NCBI GenBank assembly: GCA_026395175.1
Contig: JAPLZF010000009.1
Coordinates: 2,290-66,289, forward strand
Direction: 5' to 3'
Length of the DNA: 64,000 nucleotides
Source: Candidatus Staskawiczbacteria bacterium
Lineage (GTDB): Bacteria > Patescibacteriota > Minisyncoccia > Minisyncoccales > Staskawiczbacteraceae
This document shows positions 38,489 through 47,351 of this stretch, piece by piece (position 1 is the first letter of the stretch; every line of letters begins with the position of its first letter). The notes below the pieces were generated by a model. It saw only the letters and a program-made list of their open reading frames with translations, did no database searches and was not told the DNA's origin. A program made the translations under genes and the position numbers.

Positions 38489-39448
38489 TTAATTCTTGTA
38501 ATAAGATATGATATTTAAAAGCCCTTCTTCAAGAGAAACCGCAGGATGATATTTTAAAATTTTAACCATTTTTCCTATTTCAGGAAATCTATGCCTTATA
38601 TCAACTCTTTTTGTTTCCACCAGTTTTGGCTTTAATTTTTCTTTTTGGCCAGAATAATAAATTATTGAATTCGCCAGGTCATATATTGTAAGGGGTCTTC
38701 CTGTCCCGATATTAATAACTTCCCCGTTGGAACTGTCCAGTTCCATTGCTTTTACAGACGCTTCTATATTGTCTTTTATATAAACAAAATCCCTTGTCTG
38801 GCTTCCATCGCCGAAAACAGTGGGGCATTTCCCTTCTAAAACTTGCTTTACAAAAATGCCGACGACAAAACCATAATCGCTGCTTTCCTGGCGAGGTCCG
38901 TAGACATTAAAAAATCTCAAGGCGCATGTTTTCAATCCGTATTTCTGCCAATATGATTCCAAAAATTTTTCTCCCAAAAGCTTTACAACAGCATAAGGAA
39001 TTTTAGGGTTGACAGAGCCGTCTTCGCGCTCGGGCAATTCTTTCGGCTCTCCATACACTTCAGAGCTTGATGAAAATACAACTTTAGGCCTGCCATTTTT
39101 CAGCGACAATTCTAAAATATTTTTGATGCCCTCGACGTCATCCAGCACCAGCAGAGGATTTTCAATGGTTCTTTTCACGCCCACCATAGCCGCATAATGG
39201 AAAACTCCGTCAAATTTATATTTTTTGAAAACCGGCGCGATTTCTTTTATTTTGTTGGCATCGCCTTTTATAAATACAAAATCAGAATTATTTTTTAGAG
39301 AAGAAAGATTTTCAAGTTTTCCGGTGCTTAAATTGTCCAAGCAGACAACCTTACTGCCCTTTCCGATTAGTTTTTCGCACAAATGCGAACCAATAAACCC
39401 AGCTCCGCCGGTTATTAAAAATGTCTTTTTTTTATTTGATTTTTCCAT
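38489..39448 (-). CDS. NAD-dependent epimerase/dehydratase, UDP-glucuronate decarboxylase-like
   Basis: Motifs present are FLITGGAGFIGSHLCEKL, VVCLDNLSTGKLENL, SSSEVYGEP and the YxxxK element YAVVK. Confidence 0.55.
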   Translation of the reverse strand: MEKSNKKKTFLITGGAGFIGSHLCEKLIGKGSKVVCLDNLSTGKLENLSSLKNNSDFVFIKGDANKIKEIAPVFKKYKFDGVFHYAAMVGVKRTIENPLLVLDDVEGIKNILELSLKNGRPKVVFSSSSEVYGEPKELPEREDGSVNPKIPYAVVKLLGEKFLESYWQKYGLKTCALRFFNVYGPRQESSDYGFVVGIFVKQVLEGKCPTVFGDGSQTRDFVYIKDNIEASVKAMELDSSNGEVINIGTGRPLTIYDLANSIIYYSGQKEKLKPKLVETKRVDIRHRFPEIGKMVKILKYHPAVSLEEGLLNIISYYKN

Positions 39449-39450
39449 AT

Positions 39451-40308
39451 CTAAAATCTTAAAATCTTAATACTCTTTCTCCAAATCCTAAGAAGGAAAA
39501 ATTTATAAGGGCTCATTGTTCCCGGATACTGCCGGAAAAATTTCGGCAAAGGATTAGTTTTTTTAAAATTCATTTCGCAGCCGTGCCAAAATAATTTTTT
39601 ATAGCCGTCCACAACTATTTTCCCGTCGTATAATTGGAAAATCCTGGTCTGATATTTTGTATCTTTAAAAATTTCCTTTGGAGAATTATCTTTTATTTCA
39701 AAAAGATTAAAAAATTCTCTTTTCACAAAAAAGCCGTTCCAAAGTGTGGCAGCCACCAGTTCATATCCTTTTTTTCTAGCTAATTTAGATAGCGCAAATA
39801 AAGACGACCCTTGATTGACTTCCAAATTTCTTTCCTGAACAAAATAAATATCTGTTGGTATAGTTGAATTGAATTCTATAACCACGACTTTCGGAGAATA
39901 TGTTTTCAAGGAATCCCAAATGTGATAATCATTTCCGTCTATGTCTATACTGAGAAGGTCAAAATTTTTATCTGTCGGAGTATTTTTTAAAATATTATCT
40001 AATGTATCTTCGCCCTCAAAATTAACTTTTCTGTTCAGGCAGATATTTTGGGGCTTTACAGAATAAGTTTCGGTTAATTTTTCATATTCTTTTTCATCAG
40101 ATTCTATTAACGCGCCCGACCATCCTTTATTTTCAATTAAATTATAAGTATTGCTTAAAAATTTTCCGTCCAGCGCTCCAAACTCCACGCACTGCTTATT
40201 ATCGCTTTTTATTATTTCAAAAATCTTTTCCAAAATGCCGTCTTCCCCGTTTTGAGAATAGACATTTTTTTCAAACGAGCATAACCAATTATTTTTTTTA
40301 TTTTCCAT
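39451..40308 (-). CDS. FkbM-family methyltransferase
   Basis: CVEFGALDGKFLSNTYNLIENKGWSGALIESDEKEY is present. The roughly 285-aa length fits the family. Confidence 0.6.
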   Translation of the reverse strand: MENKKNNWLCSFEKNVYSQNGEDGILEKIFEIIKSDNKQCVEFGALDGKFLSNTYNLIENKGWSGALIESDEKEYEKLTETYSVKPQNICLNRKVNFEGEDTLDNILKNTPTDKNFDLLSIDIDGNDYHIWDSLKTYSPKVVVIEFNSTIPTDIYFVQERNLEVNQGSSLFALSKLARKKGYELVAATLWNGFFVKREFFNLFEIKDNSPKEIFKDTKYQTRIFQLYDGKIVVDGYKKLFWHGCEMNFKKTNPLPKFFRQYPGTMSPYKFFLLRIWRKSIKILRF

Positions 40309-40334
40309 AATCTATAATTTAATTAGTTAAAAGT

Positions 40335-41384
40335 TCAATCTACTTTCCACCATTTATCCGGAAACTTTTCTTTTATTATTTTGTCGCCTTCGCCCGGAGC
40401 AGCCAAATTCAAGCGCCTCATATCAGAATCAACCATTATTTTTACCAGCTCGTCAAATTTAATCTTCGCTTCCCAATTCAATTTGTTTTTTGCCTTCAAA
40501 GGGTCTCCGATAAGATTTTCAACTTCTGCCGGCCTGAAATATCTGTCATCAATTTCAACATATTGCTTAAAATCGCCTAATCCTGCATATTGGAATGCCA
40601 CTTCCAAAAATTCTTTCACCGAATGGCTTTCCCCTGTCGCTATGACAAAATCATCCGGCTGGTCCTGCTGCAATATCTGCCACATTGCTTCTATATATTC
40701 CTGGGAAAAACCCCAATCGCGCTTGGCATTAATGTTGCCAAGATAAATTTTCTTTTCTAACCCTGCCTTAATTTTTGCTACGGCCATAGTAATTTTTCTT
40801 GTCACAAACGTCGGCCCCCTTCTGCATCCTTCGTGATTGAATAAAATGCCGTTGCAGGCAAAAATGCCGTAAGCTTCCCTATACATTCTGGTTATATCGA
40901 AAGAAAAAACTTTTGCGCAGGCATAAGGGCTTCGAGGATGAAAAGGAGTGTTCTCATTTTGGGGCGGAGCGTTGTTGCCAAACATTTCAGAGGACGACGC
41001 CATATAAAATTTTATCGGAAGCTTGGAATTTTTAATTGCCTCCAATATTCTCAGCGTTCCCAGGCCGTCTATGTTTACGGTTGATTCTGGCATATCAAAG
41101 CTTACTTTGACGTGCGACATTGCTCCGAGGTGGTATATTTCATCCGGCTTTATCTGGTTGATCAATCGTTCCAAATTTCCGGTGTCTGAAAGGTCTCCAT
41201 AGTGCAAAAATAATTTGACATTATTCACGTGCGGATCCTGATAAAGATGGTCTATCCTTTCTGTCGTGAAAATGCTGTCCCATCTTATAATGCCATGCAC
41301 TTGATATCCTTTGTATAATAAAAATTCTGCAAGATATGAACCATCTTGCCCGGCAATGCCTGTTATTAAAGCTTTTTTTTCCAT
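40335..41384 (-). CDS. gmd: GDP-mannose 4,6-dehydratase
   Basis: The N-terminus [30 protein letters not shown] is present, together with SSSEMFG and PYACAKVF. Confidence 0.9.
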   Translation of the reverse strand: MEKKALITGIAGQDGSYLAEFLLYKGYQVHGIIRWDSIFTTERIDHLYQDPHVNNVKLFLHYGDLSDTGNLERLINQIKPDEIYHLGAMSHVKVSFDMPESTVNIDGLGTLRILEAIKNSKLPIKFYMASSSEMFGNNAPPQNENTPFHPRSPYACAKVFSFDITRMYREAYGIFACNGILFNHEGCRRGPTFVTRKITMAVAKIKAGLEKKIYLGNINAKRDWGFSQEYIEAMWQILQQDQPDDFVIATGESHSVKEFLEVAFQYAGLGDFKQYVEIDDRYFRPAEVENLIGDPLKAKNKLNWEAKIKFDELVKIMVDSDMRRLNLAAPGEGDKIIKEKFPDKWWKVD

Positions 41385-41389
41385 AAAAT

Positions 41390-41773
41390 TTAATTAATAA
41401 TAGGAACTCTTACTGTGTCGCTTTCATATTTTCTGCCCGCCCTTGATTCGGAAATCAAATCAAGCAAAATTGTTTTCTCAATTGCTTTGAATCTGTGAAT
41501 TGTCATCGGGGGTATTATTATAAGCTCTCCGGGCCTTAAAATTATTTTTTTGACATTTGAAGGATTGCTTGCTTTTGCGAAAAAAACTTCGAATTTTCCG
41601 GAGAGAACATAATTATACTGCGTAGAAAGCTTATGGTAATGGTTGGCCCTTACGCATCCTTTTTTCGTGACAATAAGCCCCACATGATTTATTTTTTCAT
41701 TCAATAAGTCCGATATCGACCCTCTTTTGTCTTCAAATGCGGGCTTTATTTTTTTGACAATTACTTTTTTCAT
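41390..41773 (-). CDS. cupin-fold sugar ketoisomerase/epimerase (FdtA/QdtA/WxcM-like)
   Basis: The 127-aa product carries [22 protein letters not shown] (an H-x-H element) and [11 protein letters not shown] 4-nt overlap links it to the C-methyltransferase gene. Confidence 0.5.
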   Translation of the reverse strand: MKKVIVKKIKPAFEDKRGSISDLLNEKINHVGLIVTKKGCVRANHYHKLSTQYNYVLSGKFEVFFAKASNPSNVKKIILRPGELIIIPPMTIHRFKAIEKTILLDLISESRAGRKYESDTVRVPIIN

Positions 41774-43011
41774 TTTATTATCGGGCTCGGTATTGGAATA
41801 ATAAATTTTCCTCCGGCCTTTGAAAAATTTTCGTTATTTCTGATTATTTCTTCGGCAAAATTCCAGGCGAAGATAATGCCGTAATCCGGCTTGTCTTCCA
41901 TAATTTTTTCTTCTCCCACGATAGGAATATGCATTCCCGGAGTATATCCTCCTTTTTTTATAAGAGATTTTTCTGCAATATAATCAATCAAATCTGCGCC
42001 GATTTTGCAATAATTCAGCACCGTGTTTCCTTTGGCCGGAGCTGAAATGCCTATTATTTTCTTGCCGTCTTTTTTAATGTCCCTTAAAAGATTTATCAAC
42101 ATTTCCTTGTGCAAAGCAACTTTTTTTGCAAACTCGTCTAAAGTTTCTTTATTATATATTTTTTTTTCATTCTCTAACAATATGAATTTTTCAATATTGC
42201 CCGATATCGGAATTTTTCCGGTTCTGCAGACAAAAACCCTGATTGATTTTCCATGTATGTCATATTTTTCAACATCAAAAACATCAAAATTATGCTTTTT
42301 GAAAAAATTTATCAGAGGCTTTACGGAAATGTATTCTAAATGCTCGAGATAAATCGTATCATACTCCAAATTTTCTATCAGATCAACCAAATAAGGAACC
42401 TCAAAAACAAACACCCCGTCTTCTTCTAACAAAATATCCAGAGATTTCAAAAGTCCTTCTTTGTCATCGATATGGGCGAAAACATTTGTGCCTGTGATTA
42501 TTTTTGCCCTGCCTTTTTCAATTTTTATCCTTTCAGCAACCGCAGGATTGAAAAATTCGTGCCAGGTTTCAATGTTTCTTTCATTGGCAATTTTATATAT
42601 CTCCACCGCAGGGTCTATCCCCAAAACCTCCATGCCGTTCTTTTTGAAGCCTTCCAAAAGAACTCCCACATTGCTGCCTATGTCAACTGCCAAAGATTTG
42701 TTTTTTAAATCGAATCTTTTGCAAATGGAATCGGCCATCAGAAAAAAATGCTTTTTGCCTGTTTCGGTTATGGAAGATTCATATTTATATTTGCTTCCGT
42801 AGAGCAATTTTGAATTAACAACGTATCCCAGCTGAGTTAGTCCGCAATCCTCGCACTGCAAAACATTCAGCGGAAAAAAAATTTCAGGCTCTAAAAGATC
42901 CTCAAAAGAAATAATCGCGTCGGAAGGAGGCGTAAAACCGAGGTCTAAAAATTTATATAATTTTTCTCCCCCGCACATTCTGCATGTTTTTAAAACACGG
43001 CCGAATTCCAT
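41770..43011 (-). CDS. NDP-hexose C-methyltransferase (TylC3/EvaC-type architecture)
   Basis: An N-terminal zinc ribbon (CRMCGGEKLYKFLDLGFTPPSD..CEDCGLTQ) is followed by a SAM core (LAVDIGSNVGVLLEG). A C-terminal C-methyltransferase-type domain completes the architecture. Confidence 0.7.
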   Translation of the reverse strand: MEFGRVLKTCRMCGGEKLYKFLDLGFTPPSDAIISFEDLLEPEIFFPLNVLQCEDCGLTQLGYVVNSKLLYGSKYKYESSITETGKKHFFLMADSICKRFDLKNKSLAVDIGSNVGVLLEGFKKNGMEVLGIDPAVEIYKIANERNIETWHEFFNPAVAERIKIEKGRAKIITGTNVFAHIDDKEGLLKSLDILLEEDGVFVFEVPYLVDLIENLEYDTIYLEHLEYISVKPLINFFKKHNFDVFDVEKYDIHGKSIRVFVCRTGKIPISGNIEKFILLENEKKIYNKETLDEFAKKVALHKEMLINLLRDIKKDGKKIIGISAPAKGNTVLNYCKIGADLIDYIAEKSLIKKGGYTPGMHIPIVGEEKIMEDKPDYGIIFAWNFAEEIIRNNENFSKAGGKFIIPIPSPIIK

Positions 43012-43037
43012 AATATTTTAAGATGACAATTATATTT

Positions 43038-44147
43038 CTATTTTAATATGAATTTTATCGCATCGCACACTGCTTCAATCTGTTCTTTTTTCAAAGCCAG
43101 CCCGCTTGGCAGATATAACCCCTGCCTGGAAATATTTTCCGTTACAGCAAGCTTTTCTTTTTTTATTTTGATATTTATTTTTTTCCAGACAGGCTGAAGA
43201 TGCAAAGGATAAAAGAACGGCCTTGTTTCTATTCTTTTTTCCAGCAATTTTTCAGCAAATGATTCGGCGTTAAATCCGGTTTTTTTATCCAAAACGATTC
43301 CGTACATCCAATAAACATTCTTGGCGTATTCTTTTTCAGCCGGCAGGCGCAACCCGCTGATTCCTTCCAGATTTTCTGTGTATTTTTTGCCGTTTTCCCT
43401 TTTTATTTTTATCAGTTTTTCAATGTTTTTCAGCTGGGCTGTTCCTATTGCCGCCTGCATATTCGTCATTCTGTAATTCCTCGCCAATTCTTCATGCAAA
43501 AATCTTCTTTTTTCAATGAAGCCGATATTCCTTAAAAGCTCCGCCCGCTCGGCATATTTTTTGTCATTAGCCAGAACCATTCCTCCTTCTCCGGTACTTA
43601 TAATTTTATTGGCATAAAAGCTGAAGCAGGAAATATCGCCGAAACTTCCGCATTTTTTTCCGTAATATTCTGCACCAATCGCTTCTGCCACGTCCTCAAT
43701 TATTTTTAATTTGCGCTTTTTGGCTATTTTCAAAATTGGTTCCATATTACATGGATACCCATAAATATGGACAACCATTATGGCTTTGGTTTTTTTGGTG
43801 ATTTTTTCTTCTATTTTTTCAGGGTCAATGTTCCATGTATCTTCTTTGCAATCAACAAAAACCGGAACCAACCCATTGGCAACCACGGCCGAGGCGCAGC
43901 TTATTATTGTAAAAGACGGCAATATTATTTCGTCACCCGGCGCAAAATTAAGAGCGCCGACAGCCACCTCCAAAGCGGCTGTTCCGGAAGAAACAGCAAC
44001 CCCGTATTTTTTGCCGATATAAGAACTGAATTTATTTTCAAATTCTTTCACAAAAGGGCCTTCAGAAGAAATCCAGCCGGAATTAATGCATTCGGCTAAA
44101 TACTTTTTTTCATCGCTTATGAATAATGGCTCGTTGACAGGAATCAT
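43038..44147 (-). CDS. DegT/DnrJ/EryC1-family PLP-dependent sugar aminotransferase
   Basis: The protein is 369 aa. The catalytic Lys is retained in FSFYANKIISTGEGG. Confidence 0.85.
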   Translation of the reverse strand: MIPVNEPLFISDEKKYLAECINSGWISSEGPFVKEFENKFSSYIGKKYGVAVSSGTAALEVAVGALNFAPGDEIILPSFTIISCASAVVANGLVPVFVDCKEDTWNIDPEKIEEKITKKTKAIMVVHIYGYPCNMEPILKIAKKRKLKIIEDVAEAIGAEYYGKKCGSFGDISCFSFYANKIISTGEGGMVLANDKKYAERAELLRNIGFIEKRRFLHEELARNYRMTNMQAAIGTAQLKNIEKLIKIKRENGKKYTENLEGISGLRLPAEKEYAKNVYWMYGIVLDKKTGFNAESFAEKLLEKRIETRPFFYPLHLQPVWKKINIKIKKEKLAVTENISRQGLYLPSGLALKKEQIEAVCDAIKFILK

Positions 44148-45343
44148 AGGTTTAATGCTTCATTTATAGCATTTTCCCACTTGTTTGTAAACGATTCCCT
44201 GGTTATGCCTTCTGCCATTTTTTTGGCGTTTTTAACCAAGTTTTCCCTTAAATTGCCGTCTGTCCACAACTGGTAAATTTTTTCCGCCATATCTTCGGGT
44301 AAAAAAGGGTTGAATAAAAGACCGGCATTGCCAACCTCTTCTGGCATCGCAAAAAGATTCGAGCATAAAACTGGCGTTCCTAAAACAATGGCCTCTAATG
44401 GCGGAATGCTGGTTGGGCCTATCAGCGTCGGAAAAACCAATGCCCAAGATTTTTTATACAGCGCGACAATTTCCTCGTCTGGCGCATATCCTAAATGAAA
44501 AATCTGATTTTTTATTCCTGATTTTTCCGCCAACTCCATAACTTTTAAATAATTTTTTTTATTTGCTCCCGGGTCTCCCGCCAAAACTAAATTTACCTCT
44601 GCTTTATATTTGTCTTTTATTATTTTCAAGGATTTTATCAGCCTCAAATGATTTTTATGGAACCAGAATTGGGCCGGATAAAAAATAAATTTTTCAGGCA
44701 GGTTATATTTTGAAAGCAGGCTGTCAACAACTTTTTCATCCATATTTTTTAGTTCATAGACATATCCTGGCGGAATAAGAGGCGCAATCATAATTTTTTC
44801 CTTCGGAATTTTATAAAATTTATTCAAGTCATCAGCCCCCTGTTTTGATTCCACTGCGCTCAAAACCGAATTTTCAGCGGAACATTTGTAAACAATGTCC
44901 CTTTTTATTCTTGCCTTGAAATTATATTCTGGAAAATTATGATAATACTTATGCATAATATCGGGAATGGAAACAATATAGGGTATTTTATTTTCAAAGC
45001 CGAACAAAAGAGGAAAAGGGATAATCAAAAGGTCTATGCCGGAATTTTTTATAGTATCTTTATTTTTTTTATTCGGCGCAAAAAAGGGTCTGCCTAACAA
45101 AACATTGATTATTGTTTTTATTTTTCCCATAAAACTGTTCTGGCTTCCGTCAAGCGGAATAAAATTGACATTATCAAGATTTTTTGCCTTTAAAAATTCT
45201 TTCGGAGATTCTTTGTCAAAATACAAAATAGTGTAATTAAAATCACCGCAATAATTGATCAACCCCTCGATTATGCTCAACCCATACTGAAAAACGCCCA
45301 TCTTCCTTGAAACTGAAAATAAAATTCCTATATTCTTTTTCAT
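44144..45343 (-). CDS. GT4-family (group 1) glycosyltransferase
   Basis: The C-terminal half reads LVFPTLIGPTSIPPLEAIVLGTPVLCSN. The start is set at the ATG at 45343 (MKKNIGILF), 5 nt after the upstream stop. The track start at 45382 would overlap the upstream gene by 34 nt. Confidence 0.75.
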   Translation of the reverse strand: MKKNIGILFSVSRKMGVFQYGLSIIEGLINYCGDFNYTILYFDKESPKEFLKAKNLDNVNFIPLDGSQNSFMGKIKTIINVLLGRPFFAPNKKNKDTIKNSGIDLLIIPFPLLFGFENKIPYIVSIPDIMHKYYHNFPEYNFKARIKRDIVYKCSAENSVLSAVESKQGADDLNKFYKIPKEKIMIAPLIPPGYVYELKNMDEKVVDSLLSKYNLPEKFIFYPAQFWFHKNHLRLIKSLKIIKDKYKAEVNLVLAGDPGANKKNYLKVMELAEKSGIKNQIFHLGYAPDEEIVALYKKSWALVFPTLIGPTSIPPLEAIVLGTPVLCSNLFAMPEEVGNAGLLFNPFLPEDMAEKIYQLWTDGNLRENLVKNAKKMAEGITRESFTNKWENAINEALNL

Positions 45344-45348
45344 GATTG

Positions 45349-46086
45349 CTATATTTTTTTGGCAACAATAAATATGTTCCAATTATCTTCTGAAATTTTT
45401 GAATTCAAATCCATAAAATTGCAGATTTTGATTATTTTAAACCCGTTTTTTGCAAAAAAATATTCCAGTTCCGGCAGATACCAAAATCGTATTTTGTGGT
45501 TTTCGTTTATTTTTATAATTCCATCTTTAAAAATTTTAAAATTTATATCGACAATGCTTTTTTCTATGTCTAATTTCTGCCCGGTCTTTCTTATAAATCC
45601 GCCGATTGTTTTTTCTCTGTCTTCCGGACGATTTTTCAAGACAGCCGGCCCGTACCAGCAATCAAAAGCAAACAAGGCATTCTTTTTCAATAAACGTCCT
45701 GTATTTTTAATCGTATTTTCCATAGCTTCGTTTTCCGCCATATAGCCTAAAGTATTGAACATAGCCATCGCAAAATCAAATTTTCCACCAGCCTTGAAAT
45801 TGGAAATATCCGCTATTTTAAATTTGATATCCGCATTTTCTTTTTTGGCTTTCTGCTTTGCAATTTCAATCATTTTCGGCGATTTATCCACTCCCAAAAT
45901 TTTGAATCCGGATTTTGCCAAAATAATATCGTGGCTTGCTGTTCCGCAACCCAAACTCAAAATATTTCCAACTTTTATTGAAGAATATTTTTTTATAACA
46001 TTTTTTAAGAAATCTGCCTCTTTTTTATAATCTTTATTCTCATAAACTTTATCATAAAAATCAGCATATTTTTGAAAATTAGCCAT
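45349..46086 (-). CDS. class I SAM-dependent methyltransferase
   Basis: ILSLGCGTASHD is present. The acidic loop is GVDKSPKMIEIAK. Confidence 0.75.
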   Translation of the reverse strand: MANFQKYADFYDKVYENKDYKKEADFLKNVIKKYSSIKVGNILSLGCGTASHDIILAKSGFKILGVDKSPKMIEIAKQKAKKENADIKFKIADISNFKAGGKFDFAMAMFNTLGYMAENEAMENTIKNTGRLLKKNALFAFDCWYGPAVLKNRPEDREKTIGGFIRKTGQKLDIEKSIVDINFKIFKDGIIKINENHKIRFWYLPELEYFFAKNGFKIIKICNFMDLNSKISEDNWNIFIVAKKI

Positions 46087-46088
46087 AT

Positions 46089-46838
46089 TCAGAGCTTATA
46101 TCCGGCTTTTCTTGCGGTTTTTCCGCAAATCAGCCCGAATATCTTTAATTCTAATGTTGAAAAATAATTTTTATAATCTCCCACTATCCCTTTTCTGAAT
46201 TCAGAATTTTTTTTGTCTTCCTGCCCTTTTTTTCTTCCGGTAATTTTTTCAAAAGAAAATTTTTCAATTGCTTCGTCTATAATATTATATTCTGCGCTAA
46301 CGTTAATATAGTCCAAAATTTTCAAAAGCGTTTTTTTCGTTTCAGCGGACAAATCCTCATATTTTACATGGAAAGGCAAATTTTTTCCTTGCGATGAATA
46401 ATAGCTGGTCCAGCCTTTGGCTGTCAAAACATAATCTATTATCCTGATTTTGGTGGCTATTGTCCAAAATATTTTGCCTTTTATATTTTTCCATTTTGCG
46501 GATTTAGCTCCGTTTTTATGCCACCAAAGAGCTGAAACAGCCACGTCGCGCGGGTCTCTGGTCAAAAAAATAACTTTGCCGGAAAAATTTGCTTCTCTTA
46601 TGGGCAGGTTATGGGTTTTAACCACCAAATCATACCGGGTTTTCTTTCTGCCGGGAATATTGCCGTTTGTATTTTCTATTATGTATTCTGAAAAAGAGCA
46701 GTCTTTTCCGCGAATTAAGCTGTACGGCTCGATGTATCTGGCATTCAAAATATAACAAAGCATATAGCTCAGCCACCCCTGGCCAGACCTTCCGTAATCT
46801 GAAATTAAAATTATCCTGTCGCTAGAGCTTGATTTCAT
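46089..46838 (-). CDS. PAPS-dependent sulfotransferase
   Basis: A 5'-phosphosulfate-binding-like loop (ILISDYGRSGQGWL) is present. A 3'-phosphate-binding-like motif (IFLTRDPRDVAVSALW) is also present. Confidence 0.7.
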   Translation of the reverse strand: MKSSSSDRIILISDYGRSGQGWLSYMLCYILNARYIEPYSLIRGKDCSFSEYIIENTNGNIPGRKKTRYDLVVKTHNLPIREANFSGKVIFLTRDPRDVAVSALWWHKNGAKSAKWKNIKGKIFWTIATKIRIIDYVLTAKGWTSYYSSQGKNLPFHVKYEDLSAETKKTLLKILDYINVSAEYNIIDEAIEKFSFEKITGRKKGQEDKKNSEFRKGIVGDYKNYFSTLELKIFGLICGKTARKAGYKL

Positions 46839-47349
46839 ATTTTTTTTCTAAAATTTTTATTATTTCACCCAAAGAATCTTCAATGGAAACTTTATCTGTC
46901 ATAATTTCCAAATCAGAATTTTTTGGAATTTCATATGGGGAATTCTCTGAAAATCCGATCAGATTTTTAATTTCTCCGGTTTTTGCTTTTTTATATAATC
47001 CTTTAATGTCGTTTTTTATCAAAATATCCAAAGGGCAGTTCAAAAATATCTCTAAATATTTTTTATTAAAAATTTTGCGCGCTTTGTCCCGCGTTTCCTG
47101 ATAAGGAGAAATTGCAGACACTATTATAAAATCATAATCTTTTTTTGCCTTTTGGCAGTAAGAAATTATATTGTAATTATTATCTAAAATATCTTTTTTG
47201 GCAAATTCATTTTTTTTATTATTTTTTTCCCGGAAGATATCCCCATCAAGCTGAAAAACCGAAAAGCCGGCTTTTTCCAAAACTTCCTTAAGACAAGCTG
47301 ACAAAGTTGATTTTCCCGACCCGGATAGCCCGGTAAGCCAAATTACCAT
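46822..47349 (-). CDS. cysC: adenylylsulfate (APS) kinase
   Basis: The N-terminus MVIWLTGLSGSGKSTLSACL contains the P-loop, followed by LDGDIFR. The protein is 175 aa. Confidence 0.85.
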   Translation of the reverse strand: MVIWLTGLSGSGKSTLSACLKEVLEKAGFSVFQLDGDIFREKNNKKNEFAKKDILDNNYNIISYCQKAKKDYDFIIVSAISPYQETRDKARKIFNKKYLEIFLNCPLDILIKNDIKGLYKKAKTGEIKNLIGFSENSPYEIPKNSDLEIMTDKVSIEDSLGEIIKILEKKYEIKL

Positions 47350-47351
47350 AA

